Of a stretch of 64,000 bases of DNA, positions 9,555 to 19,893 are shown piece by piece. Position 1 is the first letter of the stretch. Every line of letters begins with the position of its first letter. The DNA is from Patescibacteria group bacterium (GTDB taxonomy: Bacteria; Patescibacteriota; Patescibacteriia; UBA2591; UBA4787). The stretch is taken from the NCBI GenBank assembly GCA_028715115.1, contig JAQUSN010000001.1, forward strand, positions 67,314 to 131,313, given 5' to 3'. The translations under genes were made by a program, and so were the position numbers. The notes beneath the pieces were generated by a model that was not told where the DNA came from, ran no database searches, and saw nothing but the letters and a program-made list of their open reading frames with translations.

Positions 9555-11297
9555 ATGTTTCTTCATGATATAAAATTTCAGCAGAAGCTGATTCAAAATG
9601 TTTTTCCGACAAAATGGCCCAAAATTAAACAACTAAAATATCTACCCCGCTTCCTTAGTCGCAAAGAAAAAATAATTATTAGTTCGGCAACGATTTTGGC
9701 CATTTTGAGTTTAATCGGATTAGTAGTGGGCACGCCCAACTCGGCGCTGAAAACTGCTCCGCGCAGCGGCGGACAATATACCGAAGGAATGGTGGGCGAA
9801 CCGCAATACTTAAATCCGATTTTGGCAAAAAACAACGAAGTAGATTTATCATTAACCAGAATTATTTTTTCTGGTTTATTTAAATACGATGAAAATTTAG
9901 AAATTGCGCCTGATTTGGTAAAAACCTATAAAATCAGCGAAGATAATCTGCGCTATAAAATAGAGCTGAAAAATAATGCAGTTTGGCAAGATGGTGAACC
10001 GCTTAATGCCGATGACATCTTATTTAATATCGCCACGATTCAAGACCCGCAAATAAAAAATCCTTGGAGCCCATATTTTGAAGACGTAAGGGTTAATAAA
10101 ATAGACGATTATAACATTGAGTTTATCTTAAAAAAACCGAATCAGAGTTTTTTGAAAATTTTAACAGTTGGTCTGATCCCAAAACATATCTGGCAAAATA
10201 TTCCAGCCAAACAATTTTCTTTGAACGATTATAATATCAAGCCCATCGGCAGCGGCCCGTTTCAATTCAAAAAAATTAGCCGCACCGAAAGTGGATTTGT
10301 AAAATCTTATACGCTGGAACGTAATAATAAATTCTACGACCAGAAAGCATATTTAAGCACCTTGGTTTTAAATTTTTATTCAGATTTTGATTCCTTAGCC
10401 GAGGCAGTTAAAAAAAGACGGGTTGGCGGCATTAGTTATGTACCTAAATACTTTGAAGAACAATTGGGCCTTACTAGTACTTTTAAAAAATATAATCTGC
10501 AACTCCCGCAATACACGGCTATATTTTTCAATGCTAATAGCAACAACGAACTTGCCTCTAAAGCTGTTCGCAAAGCCCTGACCTACGCCACACCAAAAGA
10601 AAAAATCTTAAACGAAGTTTTAGTGGGCAACGGCCAAATTGTCGACGGCCCCATCCTGCCTTTGTCGAGCGATTATAACCCGGCTATTACAAAATATAAT
10701 TATGACGTTGATAAGGCGGCTAAGTTCCTGGAAAATGCCGGCTGGGAAAAGGGAGATGACGAACTTTGGCATCAAAAAGAAAGAACCCTGTCTATAACCC
10801 TAACTACGGTTCAACAGCCGGAGCTAGAAAGAGTCGCCCAAATAATACAAGAGTCTTGGCAAACATTGGGAATAAAAACTAAGCTGGTTACTGTGCCGGC
10901 CGACGCGATTCAAAGAGATATTATTTCTACCCGGAATTACGAAGCGCTTGTCTTCGGCGTCATCCAAAATTTTGACAGCGACCCCTATCCCCTCTGGCAT
11001 TCTTCTCAACAAAAAAGCCCTGGACTAAACCTGACCTCTTTTAGTAATGCCAGAGTCGACGAATTATTGATTAAGGCCGAAGAAACACCGTTTCCCGAAG
11101 TACGAAAGAAAAAATATTTAGAATTCCAAACAATTATTACTGACGAAGTTCCGGCTATCTTCCTCTATAGCACCTCTTACACTTATTTGGTGGACAAAAA
11201 TATTAAAGGAATTCATTTAACAAAAATTAACCAACCGGCGGACCGATTTAATGGCATTGCCAACTGGTATATTAAAACCAAAAAAGTGGTAAAATAG
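9555..11297 (+). CDS. ABC transporter peptide-binding protein (family 5)
   Basis: LNPILA, IFSGLFKYD, WQDGEPLNADD and PIGSGPF. Confidence 0.9.
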   Translation: MFLHDIKFQQKLIQNVFPTKWPKIKQLKYLPRFLSRKEKIIISSATILAILSLIGLVVGTPNSALKTAPRSGGQYTEGMVGEPQYLNPILAKNNEVDLSLTRIIFSGLFKYDENLEIAPDLVKTYKISEDNLRYKIELKNNAVWQDGEPLNADDILFNIATIQDPQIKNPWSPYFEDVRVNKIDDYNIEFILKKPNQSFLKILTVGLIPKHIWQNIPAKQFSLNDYNIKPIGSGPFQFKKISRTESGFVKSYTLERNNKFYDQKAYLSTLVLNFYSDFDSLAEAVKKRRVGGISYVPKYFEEQLGLTSTFKKYNLQLPQYTAIFFNANSNNELASKAVRKALTYATPKEKILNEVLVGNGQIVDGPILPLSSDYNPAITKYNYDVDKAAKFLENAGWEKGDDELWHQKERTLSITLTTVQQPELERVAQIIQESWQTLGIKTKLVTVPADAIQRDIISTRNYEALVFGVIQNFDSDPYPLWHSSQQKSPGLNLTSFSNARVDELLIKAEETPFPEVRKKKYLEFQTIITDEVPAIFLYSTSYTYLVDKNIKGIHLTKINQPADRFNGIANWYIKTKKVVK

Positions 11298-11314
11298 AAA
11301 TAGTGCTCAACGAT

Positions 11315-11400
11315 GCCCACGTGGCGGAATTGGTATACGCGCAGGTCTCAGAAGCCTGGCCCGCAAGGGCATGTCGGTTCGACCCCGACCGTGGGCACCA
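11315..11400 (+). tRNA. tRNA-Leu(CAG)
   Basis: Acceptor stem GCCCACG/CGTGGGC, D-loop TGGTA, anticodon arm CAGGT-CTCAGAA-GCCTG, long variable arm, GTTCGA, encoded CCA. Confidence 0.95.
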
Positions 11401-11422
11401 TATTAAAATTTTATATCATTTT

Positions 11423-12418
11423 ATGAGCCGTTTATTTAGCGGTATACAACCAACTGGAGTTATCCATATCGGCAATTATTTAGGCGCTATCAAAAATTGG
11501 GTGGCCTTGCAAGAAAAATACGATAGCCTTTTTTGCGTGGTCAACTATCACGCCATGACCGTGCCTTATGACGCCAAAAAAATGCCTCAAATGACTTTAG
11601 ATTTAGCTATTGATTTAATGGCTTGCGGCATTGACCCATCCGCCAGCCGGCGGACTATTTTATTCGTCCAATCTGACGTGCCAGAAACTACCGAATTAAC
11701 CTGGATTTTAAACACGGTTACTCCGATTGGTGATTTAAAAAGAATGACACAGTTCAAAGATAAATCAGAAGAACATCCAGAAGCCGTAAACATGGGTTTA
11801 TTTGATTATCCGGTTCTTATGGCCGCTGATATTTTACTTTATAAGGCCACTGTTGTGCCGGTCGGAGAAGATCAATTACAACACTTGGAACTATCGCGTG
11901 AAATCGCCCGCCGATTTAACAATGCTTTTGGTAAAACCTTCGACGAACCTAAGCCGCTTTTAACCAAAGCCGCCCGGCTAATGAGTTTAACCGACCCAAC
12001 TAAAAAAATGAGCAAATCTATGGGCCCGGAAAGTTATATTGCCATTACCGACAGCCCGGAAGTAATTGAAAAAAAACTGGCCACAGCCGTGACTGATGAA
12101 GCCAGAAAAAAAAGAACCGACCCTGGCGCGCCGGAAAAATGCAATATTTATGCTTTACATAAATTTTTCTCTTCTAAAGATGAGATTGATTATATTGCAA
12201 CTAATTGCCAAAAAGCCAGTATCGGCTGTTTGGATTGTAAAAAGCTTTTAGCCAAAAATATTATTAAAGAACTTGAACCGATACAAAAAAAGCGAGCCGA
12301 ATTAATTAAAAATCTCAACCAAGTTAAAAAGATTTTAGCTGACGGCGCTATCCGAGCTAGAGCCATAGCTAGGAAAAATATCGAAGAGATAAAAAATAAA
12401 ACCGGCTTATTCTATTAA
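11423..12418 (+). CDS. trpS: Tryptophan--tRNA ligase
   Basis: FSGIQPTG, HIGNYLGA, VPVGEDQ and KMSKS. Start moved to ATG 11423, after the tRNA. Confidence 0.97.
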   Translation: MSRLFSGIQPTGVIHIGNYLGAIKNWVALQEKYDSLFCVVNYHAMTVPYDAKKMPQMTLDLAIDLMACGIDPSASRRTILFVQSDVPETTELTWILNTVTPIGDLKRMTQFKDKSEEHPEAVNMGLFDYPVLMAADILLYKATVVPVGEDQLQHLELSREIARRFNNAFGKTFDEPKPLLTKAARLMSLTDPTKKMSKSMGPESYIAITDSPEVIEKKLATAVTDEARKKRTDPGAPEKCNIYALHKFFSSKDEIDYIATNCQKASIGCLDCKKLLAKNIIKELEPIQKKRAELIKNLNQVKKILADGAIRARAIARKNIEEIKNKTGLFY

Positions 12419-12473
12419 ACGCAATATATAATATAGCACTATTTATCGATGGCTATTTTATTTTCATCAACTA

Positions 12474-12508
12474 AAAAACGCATATTTTCTCGACCGAGAA
12501 AATATGCG
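12474..12508. repeat. Palindromic repeat copy 1 (upstream of PaaX-like gene)
   Basis: CGCATATTTTCTCG-AC-CGAGAAAATATGCG. The 35 nt are identical to 13132-13166. Confidence 0.95.
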
Positions 12509-12563
12509 CATAATTAAAATTTAAATAATTAAGTAACATTCTAATTATTTATAAAATTATCTT

Positions 12564-13115
12564 ATGAAGTTATCGATAAACGAAAAAATTTTATGGACAA
12601 TTTTTAAATACCTCGAAAAAGCTGATCAAGTCACCTCTTCTAAACAATTTCTAAGCATCGCTCGACCTAAAACTGCTTTTTACAACAAAGGGTATGTCGA
12701 TTACCTATCGATAAAACATCTTACCCAAAAATCTTTACGTAAGAAAAATTTTAGCGCTCTTATCTATCGACTTAAAAGAAGTGGATTTATTAAAACTACT
12801 AAAATAAATAATGCCAAGGCTATTATCCTGACTCCGAAGGCTAAAGATAAAATCCTGCAAATCAATTTAAAACAAACCGACATGCAGTGCCGTAAAGATA
12901 AAAAATGGCAAATGGTTATCTTCGATATCCCCGAAGAATTTAGAAAAAACCGAGATCGTTTCCGATTATCTTTAAAAATAATGAGTTATCAAAAATTACA
13001 GCAAAGTATATGGATTTGTCCCTACGATGTCGCCGAAAAAACCCAACTATCTATTAAATATTTTTCTTTGGAGAATTATGTTAAGTTGCTGTTGGTTGAG
13101 GAAATAAAAATATAA
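12564..13115 (+). CDS. PaaX-like protein with wHTH-like and Cas2-like domains
   Basis: IYRLKRSGFI...LTPKA, then WQMVIFDIPEE-R-RDRFR-L-YQKLQQSIWICPY. Confidence 0.8.
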   Translation: MKLSINEKILWTIFKYLEKADQVTSSKQFLSIARPKTAFYNKGYVDYLSIKHLTQKSLRKKNFSALIYRLKRSGFIKTTKINNAKAIILTPKAKDKILQINLKQTDMQCRKDKKWQMVIFDIPEEFRKNRDRFRLSLKIMSYQKLQQSIWICPYDVAEKTQLSIKYFSLENYVKLLLVEEIKI

Positions 13116-13131
13116 AAATCAGTAAATATAG

Positions 13132-13171
13132 AAAAACGCATATTTTCTCGACCGAGAAAATATGCGTTTTT
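13132..13171. repeat. Palindromic repeat copy 2 (downstream of PaaX-like gene)
   Basis: Perfect 19-bp arms around AC. Confidence 0.95.
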
Positions 13172-13293
13172 ATTATTATTTATTATCTATTATTTATTAT
13201 TAATTATGTATTATGTATTATTAATAACTATTACTCTCGACTGTTTATTCTTAACTAACTTTTTTAATTAACCTTAAATTGAGCTCTCCGCAA

Positions 13294-13333
13294 AACCAAG
13301 CCCCCTCACTCTGATAGAGTGAGGGGGTTGGTT
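13294..13333 (-). terminator. Terminator of S-layer-like gene
   Basis: CCCCCTCACTCT-GAT-AGAGTGAGGGGG with stem extension, followed by T-run on the minus strand. Confidence 0.8.
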
Positions 13334-13410
13334 GTTAGACTAAGTACTTTTATTGTACTTCTAACTGCGAATCGTTATTCGTACGCTACGATCAAAACGT
13401 TAAAGTGTGA

Positions 13411-16400
13411 TTACCTGGACAATGTCTGGTTATCAGTCGGTAAACCGGTAACCAAGTAACCATTGGTCCAATCCATATAAGTTGACTGATAGGTCTCAGC
13501 ATGGTTAATACCTTTGGCCTTATCAGACCATAAGAAATCAACCGTAGACTGAGTAGAACCATCGTCAAGTTGGGCTAACTCGGTGTCATGATCGCTCAAG
13601 CCACCGGTTAGAGGACTGGTATCATTGGAAACTGGCATGCTGGTTAAGACTGAATCGTATTGAGTGGAGTTGGAAACAACGGCCTTCAAGATAAAGCTCT
13701 TGGTAGAACCGGCGCCAACTTCTTTCTCGTTAGTTAATTCAATCTGCATGGTCTTAGCAGCGGTGATAGAAATAGCACCGGTGGTAGAGGTAGAAGTACC
13801 ATTAGACCATGTACCAGCTAAAGCAGTAGACTGATCATCATAATCGTATAATTTCCAGGTGTTAAGAGTAAGAGCTCCACCAGTACCCGCATCATTGGGG
13901 GTAACGTAGAAGCTCAACTTCTTGACAGTTAACGCACCAGAGGTACTGGCAGCAACATTGAACTTATAGAGAGTCATCGTGCCATCAGCTAGAATAGTGT
14001 TCGAAAGAGCAGTTAAAGTAACGGTTGGTTTGGTGGCTCTTAAGTACATATTATTGCCATAAATATCGCTGGCATTGGTCGGAGCAGATAAGACGGTTTG
14101 TGAAGTACCCACAGCTTCGAAAACGTCGGCAGTGGTTCCATCAACACCAATCTTTAAGTTACGACCAGTAGCGTCAATAGTAGAAAGAATGGTAGATAAT
14201 TTAGCCGAGATCGTTAAGACCTTGGTACCATCGGCCGGAATAGTCCAACCAACGTTGCTGAAGTTAGCATAACCAGAGGTTAACGAACTGGTTTGAGCAG
14301 TGCCGCCTTCTGGAGAGATGGTGACAGTGTCAATACTACCATCGTTAGTAGCGGTATTTAATTTAACTCTGAATTTATTAACCACAAATTGCTCGGTCGC
14401 AGCCGTGAATTTAATCTTGGCCAAGACAACATTGTCGTTACCGGCTAAGACGATACCAGCCACAGGAGTATTAGCATCCTGAGCAGTGGTTAAAGTACCA
14501 GTCGTAGAAACGGTAATGGCGATCTTGTTAGCAGCGGAAGCGGCAATAGCGTTAGCATCACTAGCAGCAGACATATCAATGACATTGCTGTCGCCGTCAT
14601 AGGCGGTAATATTAGCGCCTAAGACAGAAGTCAAAGTATAAACAGCCGCAGATTGACTGCTAACGTCGAATTTGACGGTTAATTTTTTAGTAGCCGATTT
14701 AGTAATATTGACATTTAAATTGTCAAAAGTAACTAAACCGTAATCATGGGTTGATGCCGTATTACTAAGAGTCTTGGTAGATAGCAAAGTAGTGCCATCA
14801 TACAAATAAATCGAAGTAATGTTAGCATTCGGTGTGGTCACTTCAGTAGCGCCATTGCCAGTCGTTGGTGTGGCGGCAGTGTTAACGTAAACTCTAGCTT
14901 GAAGCTGAGTTATTTTAACATCTGAAGCATTGCCAGCAGTCAAATTAACACCCAAAGCTTCAACTTTAGAAGCGCCCTTAACTACAGTTTGAGAAACTGG
15001 AGTAGAGGCAGCGCCAACAGTTAAGCTGGAAGCCTGGATGGTTTGATTGTCACCGGTAATGCTAGTAGGAATAACGTCGGCTAATTTGATATAATCGCCC
15101 GTATTCACATCGCGGAATTCATAATCAGTAGCCGCGGTGTGTTCAACGGCGAAAACGTCAGCGCGAATATATTCAGTCGGCAAGGTAGCACTAGTACCAA
15201 CGTCAACAGTAACAGCTAGGTGTCTAGTAACACCAGCAGATAAGTTGAAAACGTCAGTTAAATCCCATCGATTAGTATCGGCATCAGCATTGGCGGTAAC
15301 GCAGGAATCTGCGTTCACACAATTCGAGGTACTGATTGATTTAGACATAACAGTAGCGCCAGTGTCTAAATCTTTAATTCTTAAATCAGTAATGCCGTTG
15401 GTAATAATAAGATTAGTGCCATCGCTTCTTAACACAACTCTTAATTTTTTAACTTCAACATTTCTGCCAGAAGTTAAAGAGAACTTAGTTAAGACAACGT
15501 CTTGAAGATTCCTGCCGATATAGCTGGCGGTCGGACCATTGTCAGCTATACTCACCACGCCACCCTGCATAGTTATGCTGCCGACAGAAATGGAAGGACC
15601 GCTAACAGCGGCGCCATAACCGGAAATTTTGTCGATAGCAACTAAGTGATCAACATCATCAACCTTAACAGTCAAAGTTTCAGCAACTCGACCAGCTAAG
15701 TCGGCTTTAACCGTGAAAATGCGGTTATTGCCCTTGGTAATGGTGAATGGAGTGGCTAAAGTGAAGGTAACAGTATCGTTAGAGGCAACACTAGCCGCAG
15801 TGGCTAATAAAGTGCCTTCCTGATATAGCTTCAAGTTAGTAGCTGAGCTACGAGCTAAGCTGCCGCTCAAAGTCAAAACGACTTCCTTAAAGTCAATATC
15901 ATTGGCTCCGGCAGTTAATTTGAATGAAGCAATCTCAGCTGCCTGAGCGCCAATGGTTGGATTGCTGATGGAAGTACCAGCGGCAACAGTAACAGTGCTA
16001 CCACCAGTCACACCGATAACGAATTCGTTACCAGAAACTGGTAGGCCGGTTACAGTAGCAGCAGTAGTCACAGTCTTCAAAGAGAAGGCGTGACGACCAC
16101 CAGTAGTACCAGGATTACTAACAGTACCTCTTAAGCTAATAACTTTAGAGGAATTGGCAGGAATAGAAATATCGAGGGTCGGGAACTCTACATCATTAGT
16201 ATCAGAACTAATGGTTCGACCGGAAGAAACTAAGCGGACGCCATCGGCGTAAACCGCCATAGAGGTCCAGTCGGTAGTAGCACCAACGCCAGTTCGATGG
16301 AAAACTAAACCGGTCACGTTAACTGCGGTCGCACCAGCGGATAAACGAACCTTTAACAGGTCAACGTTGGCCGCGGTAGGAGGTAGAGTGGCGCCAGAAA

Positions 16401-17160
16401 TATATTCGGCGACGCTAGCAGTTAAACCGCCGACAGTAGGAGTACCAACCCAACCAGGGGTTAATAAACCGGATTCGGCGCCGGTAATAGTGGTGCCAGT
16501 CGAATAAACTTCAGTATCTCCAATTAAGATGATATTTGAAGTTAAATAACGATTGGCAGTGAAAGCAGCAGTAGAGGCGAAAGGTCTCTTAACGCCGCCG
16601 GAGATCAAATAGATCGTACCACCCTCATCGTATCTGACTAAAGAGCCATCTGAATGAGTAGTAGAAGAGGTAATTAAATCTCCTAAAGGATAAGTGAACT
16701 TATCCAATAAGTCACTCGGGACCCAAGTAACCTTCAACCAGTTTGGATCCTTGAATAAGGCCTGATAAACGGCAGAAGACACAACGGGTCTAAGTGTTGC
16801 ACCCTGAACAAAATAAACAGCTTCTTTGGCGTATCCACCAATGCCCGAGCTAGTCCCACGGAAAAGTGAGCCATCGCGGAAAGGCATCGCATTGCCATCA
16901 CTATAAGCGGCTAAATCAGTAGCAGTTACAGTTTTGACAGTGCTATAGTTTGATGGATATCCCCATGATAAATAAACATTAGCATGAGGGAAAACGCGTT
17001 TAGTAGCTCCCTGGATGTAGTAGACAGCTGGAGAACCAGCAACCTTAACTAAATCGCCATCAGAGATGGTCACGGCACTGGCAGTTAAAACACCGCCCAT
17101 GCTGGAAAGCACTAAAGCAGCGCTAGCACCAAAGTATAACGCTTTCTTTAGGTTTGACAT
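13411..17160 (-). CDS. Large secreted S-layer-like surface protein
   Basis: Signal peptide (MSNLKK...ASA), three DG-L-x-VY-I-G-KR repeats, then Thr/Ala/Val-rich beta-sandwich-like repeats. Confidence 0.75.
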   Translation of the reverse strand: MSNLKKALYFGASAALVLSSMGGVLTASAVTISDGDLVKVAGSPAVYYIQGATKRVFPHANVYLSWGYPSNYSTVKTVTATDLAAYSDGNAMPFRDGSLFRGTSSGIGGYAKEAVYFVQGATLRPVVSSAVYQALFKDPNWLKVTWVPSDLLDKFTYPLGDLITSSTTHSDGSLVRYDEGGTIYLISGGVKRPFASTAAFTANRYLTSNIILIGDTEVYSTGTTITGAESGLLTPGWVGTPTVGGLTASVAEYISGATLPPTAANVDLLKVRLSAGATAVNVTGLVFHRTGVGATTDWTSMAVYADGVRLVSSGRTISSDTNDVEFPTLDISIPANSSKVISLRGTVSNPGTTGGRHAFSLKTVTTAATVTGLPVSGNEFVIGVTGGSTVTVAAGTSISNPTIGAQAAEIASFKLTAGANDIDFKEVVLTLSGSLARSSATNLKLYQEGTLLATAASVASNDTVTFTLATPFTITKGNNRIFTVKADLAGRVAETLTVKVDDVDHLVAIDKISGYGAAVSGPSISVGSITMQGGVVSIADNGPTASYIGRNLQDVVLTKFSLTSGRNVEVKKLRVVLRSDGTNLIITNGITDLRIKDLDTGATVMSKSISTSNCVNADSCVTANADADTNRWDLTDVFNLSAGVTRHLAVTVDVGTSATLPTEYIRADVFAVEHTAATDYEFRDVNTGDYIKLADVIPTSITGDNQTIQASSLTVGAASTPVSQTVVKGASKVEALGVNLTAGNASDVKITQLQARVYVNTAATPTTGNGATEVTTPNANITSIYLYDGTTLLSTKTLSNTASTHDYGLVTFDNLNVNITKSATKKLTVKFDVSSQSAAVYTLTSVLGANITAYDGDSNVIDMSAASDANAIAASAANKIAITVSTTGTLTTAQDANTPVAGIVLAGNDNVVLAKIKFTAATEQFVVNKFRVKLNTATNDGSIDTVTISPEGGTAQTSSLTSGYANFSNVGWTIPADGTKVLTISAKLSTILSTIDATGRNLKIGVDGTTADVFEAVGTSQTVLSAPTNASDIYGNNMYLRATKPTVTLTALSNTILADGTMTLYKFNVAASTSGALTVKKLSFYVTPNDAGTGGALTLNTWKLYDYDDQSTALAGTWSNGTSTSTTGAISITAAKTMQIELTNEKEVGAGSTKSFILKAVVSNSTQYDSVLTSMPVSNDTSPLTGGLSDHDTELAQLDDGSTQSTVDFLWSDKAKGINHAETYQSTYMDWTNGYLVTGLPTDNQTLSR

Positions 17161-17549
17161 AAGTAAAAACTCTTTTGAGTACAAATCATTTATTTTGAAT
17201 AGAACAGATAATAACCAATTAAATTATTAGATGTCCTGTCAAATTAACAATCTGCACTATTTAATTAAGTTAGTCCTATCTTAATGGTTTAAACCTTCAA
17301 GGGTTAACCCGATTTGAAAGTTTAACTCGTTTTTAAGACTCGACCTTTAATAGTCCGTCCTAATTCGCTCCGTCATCCGTCATCCGTCAATTGACGGAGA
17401 CGGAGATGGGTGGCGAACGGATTAGGGCTTAACCTTAACCCAATTCAGGTAATTAAAGGAGAAATGGATTAAGATCAGAGGACTTATAATTGGTAGATTA
17501 TAAAAAATAATATATAAACCAATTGTAATCCTTAAATATTAAAATTAAA

Positions 17550-18452
17550 TTATTTTTCAAAAATGACGTCTCCGTTAAATGTGTTTTCTTTGACGATGTC
17601 TATTTTAACCTCGTCAACCGGCTTAATCAACGAGTTATTAGTATTTACGGGTTTTTCGCTGGGCTTAACCACCGGAACGGTGGGGATGATTACCGTATCT
17701 AACTGGTTGATAACCGGAGTAGAGGTAGAATTGTCGCCAGTAACCGTTGGATCGGTTGCATCAACTTGACCGGAAACAGCGCTAATCTTATCGGTAATTT
17801 CACCGGCCTTGGTTAAAGCTGTATTTAAATCTTTTTTGACCAACGAAGCCTTGGTTTCATCTAAAGATTTTTGTACATCAGACGATAAAATAAGGCCGGC
17901 CATAGTTTTGCCGTCTTGAATTGGCAAAGATCCTTGCTCAACCTGTTTAACATTGTCGTCGACTGGGCTATTGGCGTTTAATTCGTTTTTCAAGGTGCTG
18001 ATATCTGATTTAATGTTAGTGACCGCGGCCACTAAGTTCTTTTCGGCATTGCCGTCAGCGCCACCTTGGATTTGGCGTGCCAAAACTTTTACTTCTTCAA
18101 CGCGGGTAGTTATTAATTCAGCACGTAAAACATTTTTTTGGTTTTGGTTGGTGGTCATGGCTAACCTAACTTGCTCGGTCAGTCTCTTTACTGTATATAA
18201 AGGTTGTCCGGGTAAACTGTTTTTAGCGGCAAAAATTGTTGAGACGCCGGTAAAACAAACAACTCCAAGAAGCACAAAAGTGGCAATAGCTGGACGTAAA
18301 TTAAAATAAAAAACCGGACCGCTTGATTGGGCTCCCGTATTCTCGGACAAATAAGTCAACAAATGTTGCTTATTGCTATCAGCCCACAAATGGTCTGGCT
18401 TTTTATGATTTAATTTTTTTAAGCCTGTTAACAGGCTATAATTATTTGACAT
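17550..18452 (-). CDS. DUF5667-like membrane-anchored protein, probable anti-sigma partner
   Basis: TM followed by AAKNSLPGQPLYTVKRLTEQV, near the ECF sigma gene. Confidence 0.7.
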   Translation of the reverse strand: MSNNYSLLTGLKKLNHKKPDHLWADSNKQHLLTYLSENTGAQSSGPVFYFNLRPAIATFVLLGVVCFTGVSTIFAAKNSLPGQPLYTVKRLTEQVRLAMTTNQNQKNVLRAELITTRVEEVKVLARQIQGGADGNAEKNLVAAVTNIKSDISTLKNELNANSPVDDNVKQVEQGSLPIQDGKTMAGLILSSDVQKSLDETKASLVKKDLNTALTKAGEITDKISAVSGQVDATDPTVTGDNSTSTPVINQLDTVIIPTVPVVKPSEKPVNTNNSLIKPVDEVKIDIVKENTFNGDVIFEK

Positions 18453-18485
18453 AGGCACTTTTTGGGTTTTAACTTACACTAAATA

Positions 18486-18512
18486 AGACGTAAAAAGGCC
18501 AAAAACGTGACA
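18486..18512 (-). promoter_or_regulatory. ECF-type promoter TGTCAC-N16-CGTCT
   Basis: Motif 34 nt upstream of the DUF5667-like ATG. Spacing is typical of ECF promoters. Confidence 0.55.
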
Positions 18513-18581
18513 AAAGACCCCGATTAAGGGATCTCTTTTACCCAAAAACCTTATAAAATAAAGGGTTTAAGGCTTATGCGG

Positions 18582-19337
18582 TCATTTAAAACCAACACCA
18601 ATCGGGCAATGATCTGATCCTAAAACTTTACTATATATGTAAGCGCCTCTTAAGCGCTTAATTAAATTTTTGGAAATAAAAATATAATCTATGCGCCAAC
18701 CCAAATTTCTCTGCCTAGCTTTGGCAAAATACGGCCACCAAGTATAATAACCGCCCTCTTGATTAAAATTTCTGAAAGTGTCGATGAATTTTAAATTAAT
18801 TAAATCGCTAATTTGTTTCCTTTCGGGTGAAGTAAACATAATATTGTGGCGATTAGATTTTGGCCGGGCTAAATCTATGTCTTCATGAGCTATATTAAAA
18901 TCGCCGCAAATAATTATTTTTTTATTTTTTATTTTTTTAAGATGATTTAAAAAATATTTATAAACTTTTAATTTATATTTTAAATTCTTTTTATCTCTAC
19001 TGCCATGCGGCATATAAATGTTAATTAAGATAAAGTCTGAGTAAACTAATTCTAAAAACCTGCCCTCTTGGTCGAACCTTTTAAGCCCCAACTTATTGAT
19101 TATTTTAAGCGGCGCTTTTTTAGCAAGGATTATAATGCCGCTATAACCCTTTCTCTCGGCTAAATTCAGATATGAAAAATACCCTTGATATTTAAGTAAA
19201 ATATGGGGTATGTCGCTCTCCTGAGCTTTAATTTCCTGGAAACAAACAATATCCGGCTTAAGGCTTTTTAGACTTTTAATCAGGCCCTTTTTATAAACTG
19301 ACCTTAATCCGTTAACATTCCAACTTAATATTTTCAT
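18582..19337 (-). CDS. xth: Exodeoxyribonuclease III
   Basis: SWNVNGLR, QEIKA, GDFNIAH, GWRIDY and GSDHCP. Confidence 0.96.
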   Translation of the reverse strand: MKILSWNVNGLRSVYKKGLIKSLKSLKPDIVCFQEIKAQESDIPHILLKYQGYFSYLNLAERKGYSGIIILAKKAPLKIINKLGLKRFDQEGRFLELVYSDFILINIYMPHGSRDKKNLKYKLKVYKYFLNHLKKIKNKKIIICGDFNIAHEDIDLARPKSNRHNIMFTSPERKQISDLINLKFIDTFRNFNQEGGYYTWWPYFAKARQRNLGWRIDYIFISKNLIKRLRGAYIYSKVLGSDHCPIGVGFK

Positions 19338-19347
19338 GAAGGAGGTT

Positions 19348-19893
19348 TTATTTGGCTGGCGCGCCCAATTTATCGCGCAGCATCTTTAGTCCGCGATGAG
19401 CCAGCATGCGCGCATTATCTTCTTTAATATTCAATGTTTTGGCAATCTCTTTAAAGGGCAGATCTTCGATAAATCTTAAAACCAAAACATCTCGATAGGG
19501 ATTTGAAACTTGCCCCAGAGCAGATTCAATCTGATTCAGATTAAATTTCTCGTCCAGCATTTCGTCGACATCTTCGTCGGAAACATTTTCACTAATTGAT
19601 TCGTCAAGCGGCATTTCTTCTTGGCCGCGACTGCGATAAAAATCAATGACTAAATTTTTTGCCACCTGATAGGCGAAACTTTGAAAATTCTCTACTTCTT
19701 TTCCGTTAATTAAGTATTGTAAAATTTTTATAAACGTTTCGCTGGTTAAATCTTGAGCCAAACTTTCATTGGAAACACGAAAAAAAATAAAACGATAAAT
19801 TTTATCTTGATAACGATCATAAAGCCGAGAAAAGGCCGTTTGATTGCCTCTTTTAATCTGTTGTAAAAGGATTTTCTCTTCGAATTTAAACAT
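19348..19893 (-). CDS. ECF RNA polymerase sigma factor
   Basis: AFSRLYDRY, AQDLTSETF, AKNLVIDFYR and a region 4 HTH. Confidence 0.93.
   Translation of the reverse strand: MFKFEEKILLQQIKRGNQTAFSRLYDRYQDKIYRFIFFRVSNESLAQDLTSETFIKILQYLINGKEVENFQSFAYQVAKNLVIDFYRSRGQEEMPLDESISENVSDEDVDEMLDEKFNLNQIESALGQVSNPYRDVLVLRFIEDLPFKEIAKTLNIKEDNARMLAHRGLKMLRDKLGAPAK

Noticed and set aside
11303-11422. N-terminal extension of trpS in the ORF track
   Set aside because: It overlaps a complete tRNA-Leu. The TrpRS motif begins at ATG 11423.
12474-13171. CRISPR-Cas locus (Cas2-like gene plus repeats)
   Set aside because: Only two repeats, separated by a whole gene, and no cas1 or effector genes. The protein is PaaX-like.
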